Origin: Chrysomallon squamiferum
Lineage: Eukaryota > Animalia > Mollusca
Assembly (NCBI GenBank): GCA_012295275.1
Contig: CM022666.1
Coordinates: forward strand, 3,720,001-3,784,000
Length of the DNA: 64,000 bases
Reading direction: 5' to 3'
How positions within the stretch are numbered: position 1 is the first letter of the stretch; the number at the start of each line of letters is the position of its first letter. Below, piece after piece: positions 30,188-45,541 of the stretch. The translations under genes and the position numbers were made by a program. The notes under the pieces were generated by a model. It was not told where the DNA came from. It searched no databases and was given only the letters and a program-made list of their open reading frames with translations.

Positions 30188-30850
30188 CTAATATGTATCT
30201 TAATGTATTTAAGTAGTTAGGTATATGTGGGAATTTTTATTTTGTTTTCGCAAGGGTTTTGTATGGGTTTTTTTTGGGTGGTTTTTTTTTTTTTTTTTTT
30301 TTTTTGCGCATATATGTAGGCATTTATATATATGTGTGTGTATGAATGCATACATGTATTATATATATGTAGGTATGTGTGTGTATATATATATAGATAG
30401 ATTGATAGATAGATAGATATAGATATATGTATGTATATATGTATGTATGTATGTATATATGTATGTATGTACGTACGTATGTTTGAAATATTTTAGCTTT
30501 AATCAGATTATTTCGGTATACCTGTCAATGTCACAGCATCTGATTTCGACAGATAGGTTTTACCGAGGACAGGAATATGTGGCTGCCAGATTAAGTTTTA
30601 CGAAAAGTCTTAAAAGCTGTAAGGGGCTGGTCAAGGAAACCGCGGGGGGGTGGAAAACATCTGGAAAACGATTTACTGTGAGAAGATGATGATAGCTGCA
30701 GCATCTTTCACTCCCTGCCATACAGTCTGTGAATGTAGTTCGTATTATTTATGACGGAAAGATATCAGTGTTACTGTCTAAATGAAAGACGTTTCTCTCT
30801 CCCAATCTTCTCTCCTTCTGTCTCTCTGTCTCTGTGTATCTCTTTCTGTG

Positions 30851-30929
<79 letters not shown>

Positions 30930-31392
30930 CTCGGATACTTTTTATATACCTCATATAAAATTACATTTTGAAGATCGCGAATGTTCCGTTAATCTGCGAG
31001 ATGCGTTAATATGACGTCATCACATGCCGAGTTTAACCGATTTCACTTCACTTTCCTAATTTCACCTTCAGGAGGCGGCGACTGCTAAACGCACAAATAA
31101 ACAGAAACGAAGACGTTGTGGGTCTTGTTATGTTTTTCTTCAATTATGTTTTTCTTGGTGAACGCGAGATTTGGCGTTCCTGGTTTGCCAGTCGCGGTGA
31201 GTTTCGCAGTGGTAGCCGTGCTCCTGTAAATATCCACTGTTAGTTCACGTCACACCAGGAATGTGAGCTAATAACATGCATCGTGACACAACGTCTGAGT
31301 TAAATAGTTTCTTAATGGTGGGGCAAATACTGTTTAGACCTACCTCTGTCTTGTTTGTACTGTGTGTGTTAAAAGCATGTTCTCTTTTTCAG

Positions 31393-31481
<89 letters not shown>

Positions 31482-31566
31482 GTGTGTCTATTTATTTATC
31501 TCTGTTTGCCCATGTGTCTATCTGTTTATCTATCTACCTGTATCTGTCTATCTATCTATCTATCTA

Positions 31567-31620
<54 letters not shown>

Positions 31621-32140
31621 AATATATATACATCTTTCTCCTATTTATATATATAAATAAAGATATAAATACCTACCTACATACATACTAGCAGATCCGT
31701 GCATGCATACATGCATTTAAATATAACTATGTAAAATATATACCATATATACACATATTTTTCATACGCACACAGATATACATATATATATTTAGCCAAT
31801 GCACACATATTCACATTGGCATGCACTCGTTGAAACTGCGCATTTTACAGTACAGCCAAATCTTAACATTAAAAGCCCATATTAACGAAATCTAATTTTA
31901 AAATCTTCAGTGTGATGTGTTTACGAAGCAGTATACCTGCACTGAGGAAAAAATAACGACAAAACAATATACACAAAAAAAAGCAAACACAAAAACAGCA
32001 CAAAAAAAAAAAAACAACAAAAAAAACAATACAAAAAAACCCGGCATTATTACAGAAGTTAAAATGAATTTAAAAAACAAAAATATTATTTATTCATTTT
32101 TATTTCTATTTTTATTTTTTATATATTATTTTTATTTATT

Positions 32141-32177
<37 letters not shown>

Positions 32178-33112
32178 TATTATTTTTTTTTTTTTTACCT
32201 ACTTTTGGATGTTAAAGTGCTCAAATCTTTTAATGTATTTTAGTAAGCCTGGCAAAATATTCCACGTTGTATAATAATCTTGTTCTTGGCACATGTGTTA
32301 TGTTGCATAAGGAGAAGAAAAAAATTAAATGATATAAACAAACAAACAAAAATAACTACTGAAAAAAACAAGAAGAAGAAGAAGGAAGGAAAAGAAACAG
32401 AAGAAACAAAAAATTTTCATTGATTGCCTTACACCTGCAAATGCTTGCAGACGATAATGACGTAAACACTTAAAGAAACAAAATAAAAATCGTAAAAATC
32501 GCGATGACGTCAGTAATCTAGAGGTTGGATTTTCCATTCGATAAGCTGGTAATCGATTTGTGACGTAGAGGCTCAGCAAGAATTCTTTTTAATTAGCTAC
32601 ACATGTTTAAGTCGACATTTCTGTTACGAATATATCGTCTTTTTATTTATTTATTTATTTTTATTTTTTGTTTATTTTTTTTAGTCTTCTGTATTAATTT
32701 ATTGTTTTTTTTTTCTTCTTCTTCTTAATGCGTAAAATGCTTTGATAATACATAAAGTGTGTTGTTTATTTCAGTGTATATATATATATATTGTGTGATT
32801 ATATATCTATGTATATACCGTATGTGTACGTATCTATGTATATACCATATGCGTATGTATCTGTGTATATATATACTGTATGCAATGACAAGCTGAAATC
32901 GAAAACGGACTGAAATCGTTTTGCTGGTTCTTGGCATTTAACACCAAGCAGAAAACCAATATTTTACAAACGTGAGAACTGTTATTTGTATAGAGATGTA
33001 TTTGCTGTCTTCTGTTCGCAAAACTTGCCTGGAGCAGCGTGCTTTGACGTTTGTCAAACATCATGACAAAAATAGCTGTTTAAAATCGAATTTATACACG
33101 CTGAGTTTTTAT

Positions 33113-33590
33113 CTATTATTACTATTATTACTACTACTACTATTATTATTATTACGACTACTACTACTATTATTATTATTATTACTACTATTACTACTAC
33201 TACTATTATTATTACTACTACTACTACTACTACTATTACTATTACTATTACTATTACTACTACTATTATTATTATTATTACTATTACTACTACTACTACT
33301 ATTATTACTACTATTACTACTACTACTATTATTATTACTACTACTACTACTACTACTACTATTATTATTATTACTACTACTACTACTACTACTATTATTA
33401 TTATTATTACTACTACTACTACTACTATTATTATTATTACTACTACTACTACTATTATTACTACTACTACTGTTATTATTATTATTATTATTATTACTAC
33501 TACTACTACTATTATTATTATTATTACTACTACTACTACTACTACTATTATTATTATTATTACTACTACTACTACTACTATTATTATTGT
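33113..33590. repeat. Mixed (TAT)/(TAC) trinucleotide tract (~480 bp)
   Basis: Direct inspection; source of the spurious poly-Leu ORF. Confidence 0.95.
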
Positions 33591-33844
33591 ATTGTTGTTG
33601 TTGTTGCTGTTGTCGTTCTTGATATGGTCGTCGTCATCGTCTTAAAGGTGGCGGTGTTTGTGTTATTATTATTATTGTTGTTGTTGTTGTTGATGATGCT
33701 GTAGTTGTTGATGTAACTGCTGCTGTTATTGTTGTAGTTATTATTATTGTTGTTGCTTCTATGGCTGTGCTCCTATTGTAACTGTAGAACAGCACACAGT
33801 AAGTTACACTCAGTCGTCGGTTTGTTTGCTTCTGAAAATCAAGT

Positions 33845-34268
33845 GATTATCCCGCCCCTGGGGGGGTGCGGACGGAAAGTCAACACGGTAATGAATAAAA
33901 TCGCCTTACACGACGAAATCGGGCGAAGATCTAATTAGACGTGTCCGCTGGCTGCGGGTCAATTATACTGACCGGTCAAAGTGCGAGACCTTCTTTGTCT
34001 GTCATCACGGAAACGACCGAACAGCAACGAGGAAGTCACGGAGAGAGAAAAAAAAAGATACTAAACTGCAGAACTCGAGTTTTTGTTCAGTGAATTTGCT
34101 TCCCGTTGCCTTTTCATCGGTGTATTTGTCCGTGCGTGTGTGCTGATCGGGGGAAAACTGCCAGATAGAGATTTGTTTTTTAAATTCATTTTTTTTTTTT
34201 TTTTTTTTCGTTCTTCTGTGTTTTGATTCCGTTCGAAGACGTTGATGTTAGACGTACGTTTGTTGTAG
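33845..34268 (+). promoter_or_regulatory. Candidate promoter and non-coding first exon
   Basis: CpG-rich island with a GC box (CCCGCCCC ~33851), an Inr-like TCAGT (~34087) and donor TAG|gtaaga after 34268. Confidence 0.35.
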
Positions 34269-34323
34269 GTAAGATTACACGTTTGTTTTGGTTTTGTTAG
34301 TATTAATAGTAGTAGTAGTAATT

Positions 34324-34355
<32 letters not shown>

Positions 34356-36489
34356 TGTTGTTATTGTATTTTAGTAGTAGGTGTAGTACTAGTTGTCGTT
34401 GTTATAGTTGTTGTAGTAAAATCATTATTATCAATATTATTACCGTTGTTATTGTTGTTGTTTTTTATCTTTTTCTTGTTCTTCTTGTTTTTGATGTCGT
34501 TGTCGTCGACGTTATTGTTGCTGCTGTTCCCGAAGTTGATACTGACGTTATTGTTAAAGCTATTTATATGCAGTATTACCACGTGGTGTCTGTGCATAAG
34601 TATTAGTGTATGTATGTGAGTGTGTATGCGTGTGTGTATGCGTGTGTGAGTTTGAGTGTGTGTAAGTGTGTGTGTATAAATATACCTGTGAATGCGTGTA
34701 TATGTGGAGTGTATGTTTACATGTGATTTTATTTGCATATTGACACTCTTAAACAAAATTTTAAAAAGACCTTTTGCATCTGAGTTCTTCATATATACAC
34801 ATTCGCACACACACGCACACACAGTATATACAAAGATACATACAGATACGGTATATTTATTTTATTTATTTTATTTATTTATTTTTGGTTATGTCCGCAC
34901 TCAAATCGAAATTGCCAGTTACCTAAGCCAGTATTTTCCGCGTGTTTTGGAAATGGGGTTACAACTTTAAATTCGTCGATTTATTATATATAAATGCCTG
35001 CTGATTGCTTATTTTCTTTTACCTGGTGTTTGTACGGCTTTGTTTCCACTGTTGACGGTAACTGGTTTTGGCACGCCTAATGAAGCAACAGGCTTCAGTA
35101 TACTAGACACGAAGGCAACGGGGAAATAAAGTACGTATAGGTTCTACATTTTCAAAAACAGATTCTTCCCTTGCGCCTTGAGCGAAAACATTTATGTGTT
35201 TGTTGGTTAAACGTTTATGTTTCGTTTGTCGTGATGTGTTTTACATCGTTAAATATATCTGTACTGCTAGTGTGTGTGTGTGTGAATGTATATATATATA
35301 TGTATGTATGTATAACGCCATCTGTGTGTGTATATATGTATGTATAAGGCTATTTATGTAAGTATATCTATGTATATATAACGTACGTAGGTATGTATGT
35401 TTTAATCAATGAATAATGTGCGTATGTATGTATATATCCTTTATAATCAAAACATTCCTTATATGTGTGTAAGTAAGTATAACAGCCTGTGTGTGTCTAT
35501 GTATGTATGTACTGTTTATATATTTATATATTACGGAGATTCTGTCTGGTAACAAGTTCACTTGTGTATATATAAACCTTTGTAAAGTTCATTTTGCATT
35601 GTCTGTGTATGTGTGTGGAAAAACAAGCCAGGTTAAGCGAGAAAAAAAGTTTGCTGACATTTGTAAATAAATGTACGTAATGTCTTTCAAGTGTGCTCTG
35701 TTACGTCACACTAGCTGGTTTTATGAGCTCATCAGCTTCTTGAAATACTTAAAGTTTGGGGGTAAAACGAACAAAAACAAATGGCCATGTGCAAAGTTTC
35801 AAGATATCTGGCAAGGTTTACGACATTGTTTTAATTTCCGTATTTTTCTTCTTCGTTGTAAATTGTTATCTGCTGTAAAGAAAAGAAAATCTTTCCTTTG
35901 AAGCATTAGATGCAATGACGTCATCACAGGTATCCGATGAAGAGATCATTTCATCCATTCTTCTTTATTTGGATTTTTGTTTTATTTTTTGAGTATTTTT
36001 TAAATTCTTCTCTTTTCTTCTTCTTCTTCTTCTTTGCTCGTGCCGTTTTTCCCATCCTTTTTTTTTTTATTCTTTGCATTCTTTAACTTATAATAACTTT
36101 TATATAGAATTATTAAAAATTAATATGACGCCATATAACAGCAGATTAAACAGCTTTATTTGAATACATCGTTATATAAAGCATTACTTTTCTTCAATTC
36201 CTTATCAAAACAGGACAAAGGATTGCTTGTTTTTACATCGTAATTAACAGAGACCCTACTGTATCTCTGATGATTATTACTGGGTGAGACACTTAAAAAT
36301 CTGTGTGAAAGACGGCTCGTATACGTTAAATAGTAAACATTTTTTTTCTTTCTTAATAAACGACCAGGATGTTTGACTTGCACAGAAAGATGTGTGTCTC
36401 TCCCATTTCCTTTCTTCTCATTCCTTAATCTCTTGATTCTGCGTTTCATATCTCTCCTATATGTAATAATCTACTTATTTATAGATATA

Positions 36490-36490
36490 T

Positions 36491-36521
<31 letters not shown>

Positions 36522-36971
36522 TACATACATACTACATGCATACATACATACATACATACATTCATACATACATAAATACATACATACATACATACACACA
36601 CACACATACATACATACTACATGCATACATACATACATACATACATTCATACATACATAAATACATACATACATACATACACACACATACATACATACAT
36701 ACATACATACATACATACATACATACATACATACATACATACATACATACATACATACATACATACATACATACATACACACATACATACATACACACAT
36801 ACATACATACACACATACATACATACACACATACATACATACACACATACATACATACATACATACATACATACATACATACACACATACATACATACAC
36901 ACATATATACATACACACATACATACATAAATACATACATACATACATACATACATACATACATACACACA

Positions 36972-37000
<29 letters not shown>
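36490..37000. repeat. (TACA)n compound microsatellite
   Basis: Direct inspection. Confidence 0.95.
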
Positions 37001-37004
<4 letters not shown>

Positions 37005-37464
37005 GTTTGTACGTGCATCGTTCAGGTATGCTTGAGCTTATACAGGTATCTGTACGTGTATACATATACACATACATACATACTTACGTACGTGTGTGTG
37101 TTTATATTGTGTGTGTGTGTGTATATATATATATCTGTATGTTTATATGTATGCGTTTAAATGCTTTTATGTACATATCTATCTATTAATGTTCCCTTCC
37201 TCCTTCCGTTTGGTAAACATGTCATTTTTTTGGTGGGTTTTTTTTTTTTTTTTTTTTTTTTTTCGTTCTGTTTTATCTCTTAAACAGTCGCTTATTTGTA
37301 GTCTATATTCGGCATCATCGAGTTGTTTTCTCGACAAATTCGAATTCTTCTTTGTTAAAGAAAAGTTCAGTATTGATGTGGATTGTACCAACAGAATAAA
37401 TTCTGTTTAATGGTTTCCACATTTTTGGTTTTAAGCAGGTACTTTCTATACATAATGTTGGGAT

Positions 37465-37505
<41 letters not shown>

Positions 37506-37960
37506 TTATTTTATTTTTTTATTTTTTTAAATCCAAAAAGAAGAATGAAAGAAAGAAATATATAAGAAATGGAAAGTAACAAAAAAAAAAAAAAAAAAAA
37601 AAATGCACCTGTTTATCACCTGACCTACGCTCTCCTTCCCCAGTACTAATGTTACTATAAATAACCGGAAAATTGCGCAACTGACGTTAGTCACCCTCGT
37701 TTCACGCGAAGTGCTCGCAACTGCGGCGTGCGTTAACCAAGACAAACAGGAGAAGAAGAATCAACGTTTCTCCGAAAGTCTCACTAAGCTGTTAGCAATC
37801 AGATTTACGTAAAATTCGTTACCATGACTTCATGTGGAATTCCTTAACATTTCCTGTAGTTACGTAGAATGTTTGAAGAGTTTTGGTGCAAGAAATTACC
37901 AGGTAATCACTGAATCAAGAACAGATGTCTGTACAGATATATTTACCTGCATATAGGACA

Positions 37961-37992
<32 letters not shown>

Positions 37993-38892
37993 CACATACA
38001 CAAACACACACGAAATGTTACATAGAAGTGCGTTCGTGCATGTTTATGCAGATATACCTTACATTTCATAGACTACATCTTTTTTATTTTTTATTTACCT
38101 TCTCTATTTCCTTCTCTCTCTCTCTCTGTCTCTCTCTCCCTCTTTCTCTCTCTCTCTGTCTCTGTCTCTCTTTCGCTTTCTGTCTCTCTCTCTCGCTCTC
38201 TTTCTCTCTCTATCTCTCTCTTTCTCTCTCTTTCCCTCTTTCTCTCTCTGTCTCTATCTCTCTTTCTCTCTCTCTCTCCTATCACCCATCTTTCATTTCC
38301 CCTTCACACGCGACTCTCAGTCAGACTGACATACCCCCCCCCCATGTTTACCACGGTATCGGATTTTCTACAACAGATATCGCTCAGGTGATAAAAGCAT
38401 TCTTTCTCACCTGTTCTAGTCGTCATTCCTGCGGTCAGCGGTCTAAAATTTCCCAATTATCGTGTTGTAGGTACAAGGCACAGTTCAAACGATTTGATTT
38501 GCCGGCAAAATAGATTCTACTGAAAATATTTTTTTTCCGAATTAGCGCCAGATGGTTTCCTGCTTTGCAGTGTAACCTGCACGAAGTTTCTCGTTTCGGG
38601 CATTTTGAAACAAAACGGCAAGAGAGAAAAAAAAAAATAAAGAAAATATTAGGTTTTTTATGCGCCGTGTTATAATTTTCTTATGTACTAAATATATATA
38701 CACATACATTCAACCATCCATACATTCATATATATTTTTTATATATAAGCACACACACACACACATACACACATATATATATATATATATATACATACTC
38801 ACAGACTTAAAACATTTATGCATAAACATGATATTAAGTTTCTCTTTACAAATATATAGTCATGTATCTATGCCCTTCTTTCTATTTAGTTA

Positions 38893-39084
38893 AATAGACA
38901 GATAGATAGAGTGATAGACAGACACACAGATAAACAGACCGACAGAAAGAAAGAAAGAAAAACAGATAGATACATTGATGGATTGATAGATAGATAGATA
39001 GATAAATAGATAGGCAGACATACAGATAGATACATTGATAGATAGATAGATAGACAAACATATAGATAGACATCTATCTAGATG

Positions 39085-39162
<78 letters not shown>

Positions 39163-39181
39163 CAGAAAGAAAGAAAAACAT

Positions 39182-39212
<31 letters not shown>

Positions 39213-39235
39213 TAGATAGATAGATAGATAGATAG
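38893..39235. repeat. (GATA)/(GACA) tetranucleotide tract
   Basis: Direct inspection. Confidence 0.9.
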
Positions 39236-39827
39236 TCTCAGCCGTCATAATCTAAAATAAAAATTTTTTTTTTTTTTTTTGCGTAAATCGATCCGTTATT
39301 ATTATTATTTGGACTTTATTGTTTCACGTCTTGTATTTTTTAGTATTATTTTTTTCTTCTTCTTCAGTACAAATTGAATCCTCAGGTACTAATTTGCATC
39401 ACACCGGTAACTCATTGTCACTCACAGCTGGAACAACATGAAAAATTTATGTTTGCTGATATCGAGGACATTCCGAGCAAATTTAGCCTTTGAGGCTACA
39501 AAAATCAAAAAGAAAGAAATAACTGTAACCATGGAGATGTTGCGAAACTGGATTAATTAGTTAATACAATTAACACCACACAATCAACGTTGCCATAGCA
39601 ACTAGTTCACGTGCAGGTTATCCAGTGAAAGTAGACTGAGCTGTCTGTAGTTTAGTGGTTAGAGTGTTCTTTCAAGAGTTGCGTGTGTTTGGTTTTTTTT
39701 TTCCATTTCTAGCCAGTGCTCAAAGACCGGTTTTTCAGAAATTTGCAATACCATTTCTATGTTTGACAGACAGAAATCGTTAATATTAAAATGTGTTCAG
39801 ATTTTATTGAGGCTTTCCTTTTTACAG

Positions 39828-39985
39828 GATGAATTATAATGCACGTATTTAGATTTTAATTAGGTGTGTTTTTTATTGTAAATAAATGATTTTCACTGAA
39901 AGATAGCTCAGTATTAAATGGTTATTGAATGCAAAATGTTTTACTGTTATTAGTGTTGTCGGAAAAAGAAGTCTTCGATTAGCAG
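39828..39985 (+). other. Candidate non-coding internal (5' UTR) exon
   Basis: Strong acceptor tttcctttttacag| and strong donor CAG|gtaaga, 158 nt apart. Confidence 0.25.
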
Positions 39986-40143
39986 GTAAGAAAATATATA
40001 GCGCTGTATCTGATGTACTTGATATACATAGGGCTCCTTCAGGAACGGGAGATTTTTTGTTTGATATAAATGGCGTTTGGAAATCTTTAATGCAAGCTGA
40101 CACTTTATCAGTGTAGTATATATATATATATATATATATATAG

Positions 40144-40222
<79 letters not shown>

Positions 40223-41699
40223 AGCATTCTAATAAAAAATGGTGGTCTTATAACATCGCATGGAATAAATTACACTGAACCTCTTTCGGTGTAAAACGCA
40301 CTCTTAAGTTATTACGTTAAAAGTACGGCTCCCAAATGAATAGCGATTTTTAAGGCCACACTTACTGCCATTGTTTCGCTTAAAGAGCCGAATTAGACCG
40401 CTAATAGAAGTATTTATTAAGTGTAATCAGTTTATTAAACAAGCACGGTTTAGCTAAGTGAATTCGTTTTGACGTCAATTATACGATCTTTTTCTCTAAC
40501 TCCGAAATCGTCGACTGGCTGTCGCAAGTACACGGATCTCCGGTGAAATGCTACGCTGGCATTTTCGGATCAAAATAACGATACTAAAAGCAGAACGTTA
40601 TTTTTTTCGTTTTATTGACAGCGTCACGAATTATCAAGTTTTGATTTAATAATAATAACTGCTACGATCATTAATACTTCTATTACAGTTACTGGTATTA
40701 ATATTAGTACTACTTCTATTTATATTACCGTTATTACTACTAATACTATTATTACTACTACTACAGTTACTACTACTACGATCGTTATTACTACTACTAT
40801 TAATACTACTACTACTTCTACTACTACTACTATTACCACGACTAATAACAATAATAATAATAATAAATCAGTTACTATTATTTCTTCTGATGCGACACTT
40901 TTATCACTACAACAACATATACTATATCTTTTAGTACAAAAACTACTCCAACAACAACAAATAATCATACAGTAATAACATCAACAACGACCTCTTCCTT
41001 TACTCCTAAGCTTTGAAATGCGCCTATTTTTCTCCGTTACCTGAAAAATGTTTACTGCAATAAAACGTAACGCGGCATTCGAAAAACAAAAACAAAAAAA
41101 GGCAATCTAGCAATGGAACAAAGGGAAAACAAGACGATGATGAACGGCGTGGTCGTGATGTGGCGATACTACGGCGTCACTGATGTGAAAAACAGCGGCG
41201 TTTCGCTAAAAGAGACACATAAATTGTGCCCGTTATTGGGGCGAGTGGTTTTCCGTGTTGACTAGAAAGAAAGAAGAAGAATTGTTACGGCTTAGCGGTT
41301 AGACTACTGGTGATGATCACAAAGACGTGTGGATTAGCGTTACAGTGCCGCAATGGTTGCCGTCTTTTGGCTTTCTCGTTTAAATCTTGTTTACATACAC
41401 ACGTACGTATATATCTATAAACATACAAAAATACATACACACATAGACATATGTACATACATCATAAACATACACATAAATATATAGACACATACATATA
41501 CATACATGCATACAAACAAACACACTTACTTACTTATTGTACTATGTCAGTGCGTTCCGGAATATTGTTTATTTGCAGAGACTAAATCAGCCGTACATAA
41601 GACAGAGAATATTTAAATCCTAAAAATATATACATATAAACATACACAAATACACAAACATAACCACATGTGCTTAAAAACGTATACATGAACGTGTTA

Positions 41700-41972
41700 C
41701 TAAGTCTGTCTATCTATTTATTCATCTATTTATGTGCCTATCTATCTATTTTTATTTATTTATCTCTCTACGTATCTATGCCTATCTATCTATCTATCTA
41801 TCTGTCTATCTGTCTATCTGCCTATCTCTCTATCTATTTTTATTTATTTATCTCCCTACGTATCTTTGCCTACCTATCTATACATCTATCTGTCTATCTG
41901 TCTATCTATCTCTCTATCTATTTTTATTTATTTATCTCTATACGTATCTATGCCTATCTAACTATCTATCTA

Positions 41973-42023
<51 letters not shown>

Positions 42024-42088
42024 ATCTATCTATTTTTATTTATTTATCTCTATACGTATCTATGCCTATCTAACTATCTATCTATCTA

Positions 42089-42122
<34 letters not shown>

Positions 42123-42180
42123 CATCTCTCTATCTATCTGTCTTTATTTATTTATTTATCTCTCGACGTATCTGTCTATC
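41700..42180. repeat. Higher-order tandem repeat (~75-110-bp units, about 5 copies) built from (TATC)/(TGTC)
   Basis: Recurring tttttatttatttatctctatacgtatctatgcctatc anchor. Confidence 0.85.
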
Positions 42181-42497
42181 AATCTTCATCTCTGTCTCTC
42201 TTTCGCACACATACATCACAAACAATTGCTTTAATTTATAGCAATTACCATTCCCTCGCGTTGATCACTTTAAGGTGAAAATCTGTTATATATTTCATTC
42301 AGTCCCACAATCCATTTCTCTCGATCTGTTACGTAATCAGTTCTTGGCAGCAGAACTGCTCTTTATTTTTTTTTAATTTTTTTTTTTTTTTTGGTCTACA
42401 GACAAGTGTTCTAATTTAAACAGGCGAGGATCCAGAAATAATTAAAGTAGATGTTAGGTGGGATTGAGTCATTTATTATACAGGTTTTTGTTTGTCG

Positions 42498-42551
<54 letters not shown>

Positions 42552-42823
42552 ACATACACACAGATATACACACACACACAAACACACATACACATATTGC
42601 ATTTGATAACTATATTTATTTTTATAGTGACGAAACTTTGCTAATAATAAAGTATAAAAGGACGCAGTGAAAAATAAACAAATACCAGCCTCCGTGCATT
42701 TTCACGAATATGTTACATTTTTAATATTATTTATTATTAGGAAAGTTTGGTGGCCTAATCCAAAATAAAGGAGTCACATGGATTTAACTAAATATATTTA
42801 GATCTTTTAAATTTCAAAACAAC

Positions 42824-42856
<33 letters not shown>

Positions 42857-42908
42857 AAAATGCTCTCTTGAAATAAAAAGTCTTCCTTTGAAGATTTTCT
42901 CAAAGGAG

Positions 42909-42945
<37 letters not shown>

Positions 42946-43107
42946 TAGTTAAAATAGTTTGATGGTGTTTGAAAAGACAGATGCATCTTCTTTTTTTCTT
43001 CTCTTTTTTATTTTCAAAAACATTTTTATCTTATAATGGCGAATGTGCAGACTATATTACAATGGTTAAGCTCTGATTCCGAGGAGAAGTTAGTCACTGG
43101 TTCGGTA

Positions 43108-44072
43108 TGTTCCCAAAACTGGCAGTCTCCAGATTATGTAATCGGTTTATTCCCGATTCTGGCAGTGAGATTATAACACATCTTAATTGGACACGGCAGT
43201 TGTTCCATTTCTGGCAGTTTATTTCTCACCCTTACTAATTGGTGTTCCGTCACCTTAGTTGATGGCCCATCACCTTAATTGATGTATTTTTGTCCACAAT
43301 TTGTAGGACAATCAGTCACACTCTACACAAGAAATGTTTTACTCTTCTTTCTGGAAAGAAACAAAAATAGAATTATACAAAGTTTTGGAAGCTATGTCCT
43401 GTGGTGTTGCGTCTCCATACCCGGTCAACAACTTCTTCCTCTTCTCTTCATATATCTTTGGGATACTGGTCAGCTCCTCCCGTGCTCGCTTCCGCATGGT
43501 GTTGGTCAGTAGGTGGACAGCAACTTGGCTCTCATCCGAGGAATGGATGTGGTCTTTACCTCTACTGACCACAGTCCCATCTGGTATAGTAGTCACGGTG
43601 TCAAGGCACCTCGAATACAAACATCTCCATGGTACCATTCTTGTTACTAATCCGCCGTGCATACCTATATCCATCAAGTATGAGGTCCGCACCTGGTTTT
43701 CTGTCGTCAAAAATTTCTCCCTTCGCAGCCATGATCAAACATAACAAAAATCATGACTGTGCAGTATTTATTTAGGTAGTATTTCCTGTCACCAAATTAT
43801 ATTTTAATTCATCTTGTTAAAATTGGTATTATTTCCTGTCTCCAAATTTTACTGAGATACAACATTAATTTCATGTCTCCAAACATTAATTTTCTTGCAA
43901 TCTCTGTTCCAGCTCACCTCTGCTCTTCACTGCTCATTAATCTCGTTAATCGCCCTTCTGTTCTTCACACCTCTAAATTGGCCTTAATTGCTCACACCAG
44001 TTTTCCCATTTCTGGAAGCGGATTATAACACCTCACCGATTACATAATCTGGAGACTGCCAGTTTGGGAACA
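43108..44072 (-). mobile_element. Internally deleted, non-autonomous Mutator-like (MULE) DNA transposon
   Basis: Terminal inverted repeats at 43108-43146 (tgttcccaaaactggcagtctccagattatgtaatcggt) and 44035-44072 are identical except for a 1-nt indel. Subterminal direct repeats (ttccc..ttctgg..gattataacac at ~43150 and ~44003). Internal FLYWCH ORF remnant. No DDE catalytic domain and no clear TSD. Confidence 0.8.
43339..43732 (-). pseudogene. Frameshifted FLYWCH zinc-finger N-terminus of a MULE-type transposase
   Basis: From the ATG at 43732 (minus strand): MAAKGEIFDDRKPGADLILDGYRYARRISNKNGT. After a frameshift near 43630: WRCLYSRCLDTVTT...KDHIH...MRKRAREELTSIPKIYEE. Joined, these give the L-x-x-GY-x-Y...WRC-x4-C...H-x-H FLYWCH pattern. 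Confidence 0.75.
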
Positions 44073-45181
44073 ATCCTCTGCAATAGATCAGTATGAATGT
44101 TTTCATATTCAATTAGTATCATAAGAATAATTTTATATATGTATATGTTTATATGTTTGTATATGTGCGCGCGTGTGTGTTTGTGTTTATGTTTGGTGTT
44201 GATGTCTGTTATAAAGGGTTTATAAAATATCTTATTTGTTAATGGTAAATAGTGACACTAAAAACAGTCTATTATTAGACAGTCACATGATTTGACTGTA
44301 ATAATGAAATGTCCTCGTTTATTTTGTTTCAGATTTCGATTTTATATTTCTATTTTTTAAATTTATTTACCTGCTTACTTATATTTTATTTATACACTTC
44401 GTATTATTTCACAGTTATCATATTTATGTTATCTAATGTTTATTTATTGATTGATTCATTCATTCATTTATTTATTTATTTATTTATTTATTTTTTATAA
44501 TTATTATATTTATGTTATCTAATATTTATTTATTCATTTAATTATACATTTATTTATTTATTTATTTAATTTTGCATTTATTAATTTACTCTTTCTGATG
44601 TTATAACTCTTCACAGACTTGTTCACGTTGTTTCAGTTCTGATCTGTTCTTTAAAAGTTGTGTCGCTGCCGTTTCTTTAACAGGCAGCAAGTTTTATTTT
44701 CATCATCGATTTTAGAATATTGAGGGGGGGAAATAAATTATTAACTGTTCACTGATTAATAACAGTTTTAAACTGACGTTACGAAATCCCATTTGTCTTT
44801 TTTCTTGTTAGAAGCAGGAAATAAGCGATTTTTTTTTTATTTTTATTTTTTTTTTTTTAAATTTATTATTATTTTTTTATCTCTCGTTCATCTTTAACAT
44901 CCATAAAAGAAGCAGTGATAAGACAGAAATACATTTGTCTACTTCACTGACGTAACAGTGGTTAGGTCAGTGAACTGACTACTGGGAATTTCAAGGATCG
45001 AAGCTTAATACCGGCTGGCTTGTTCATCTAAATTGGATAGTGCAGTTCACGTAAATAGGTTAATTATATTCAGCAGTTGTCATGGAATATTCATTCTGTA
45101 TTCTGTACTGTTTTTGACATAAAAAATGTTAAATTATTTTTCAAATCAATGATTATTATTATAACTATATAAAATATATTT

Positions 45182-45541
<360 letters not shown>

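Noticed and set aside
32972-33622. 216-aa poly-Leu ORF
   Set aside because: A (TTA/CTA)n trinucleotide repeat, not a plausible protein.
43334-43744. 136-aa plus-strand ORF in the transposon
   Set aside because: Antisense shadow of the FLYWCH ORF; no recognisable motif.
44270-44305. Short hairpin (acagtca...tgactgt with attatt/aataat flanks)
   Set aside because: Stem too short and AT-rich to distinguish from chance; not miRNA-like.
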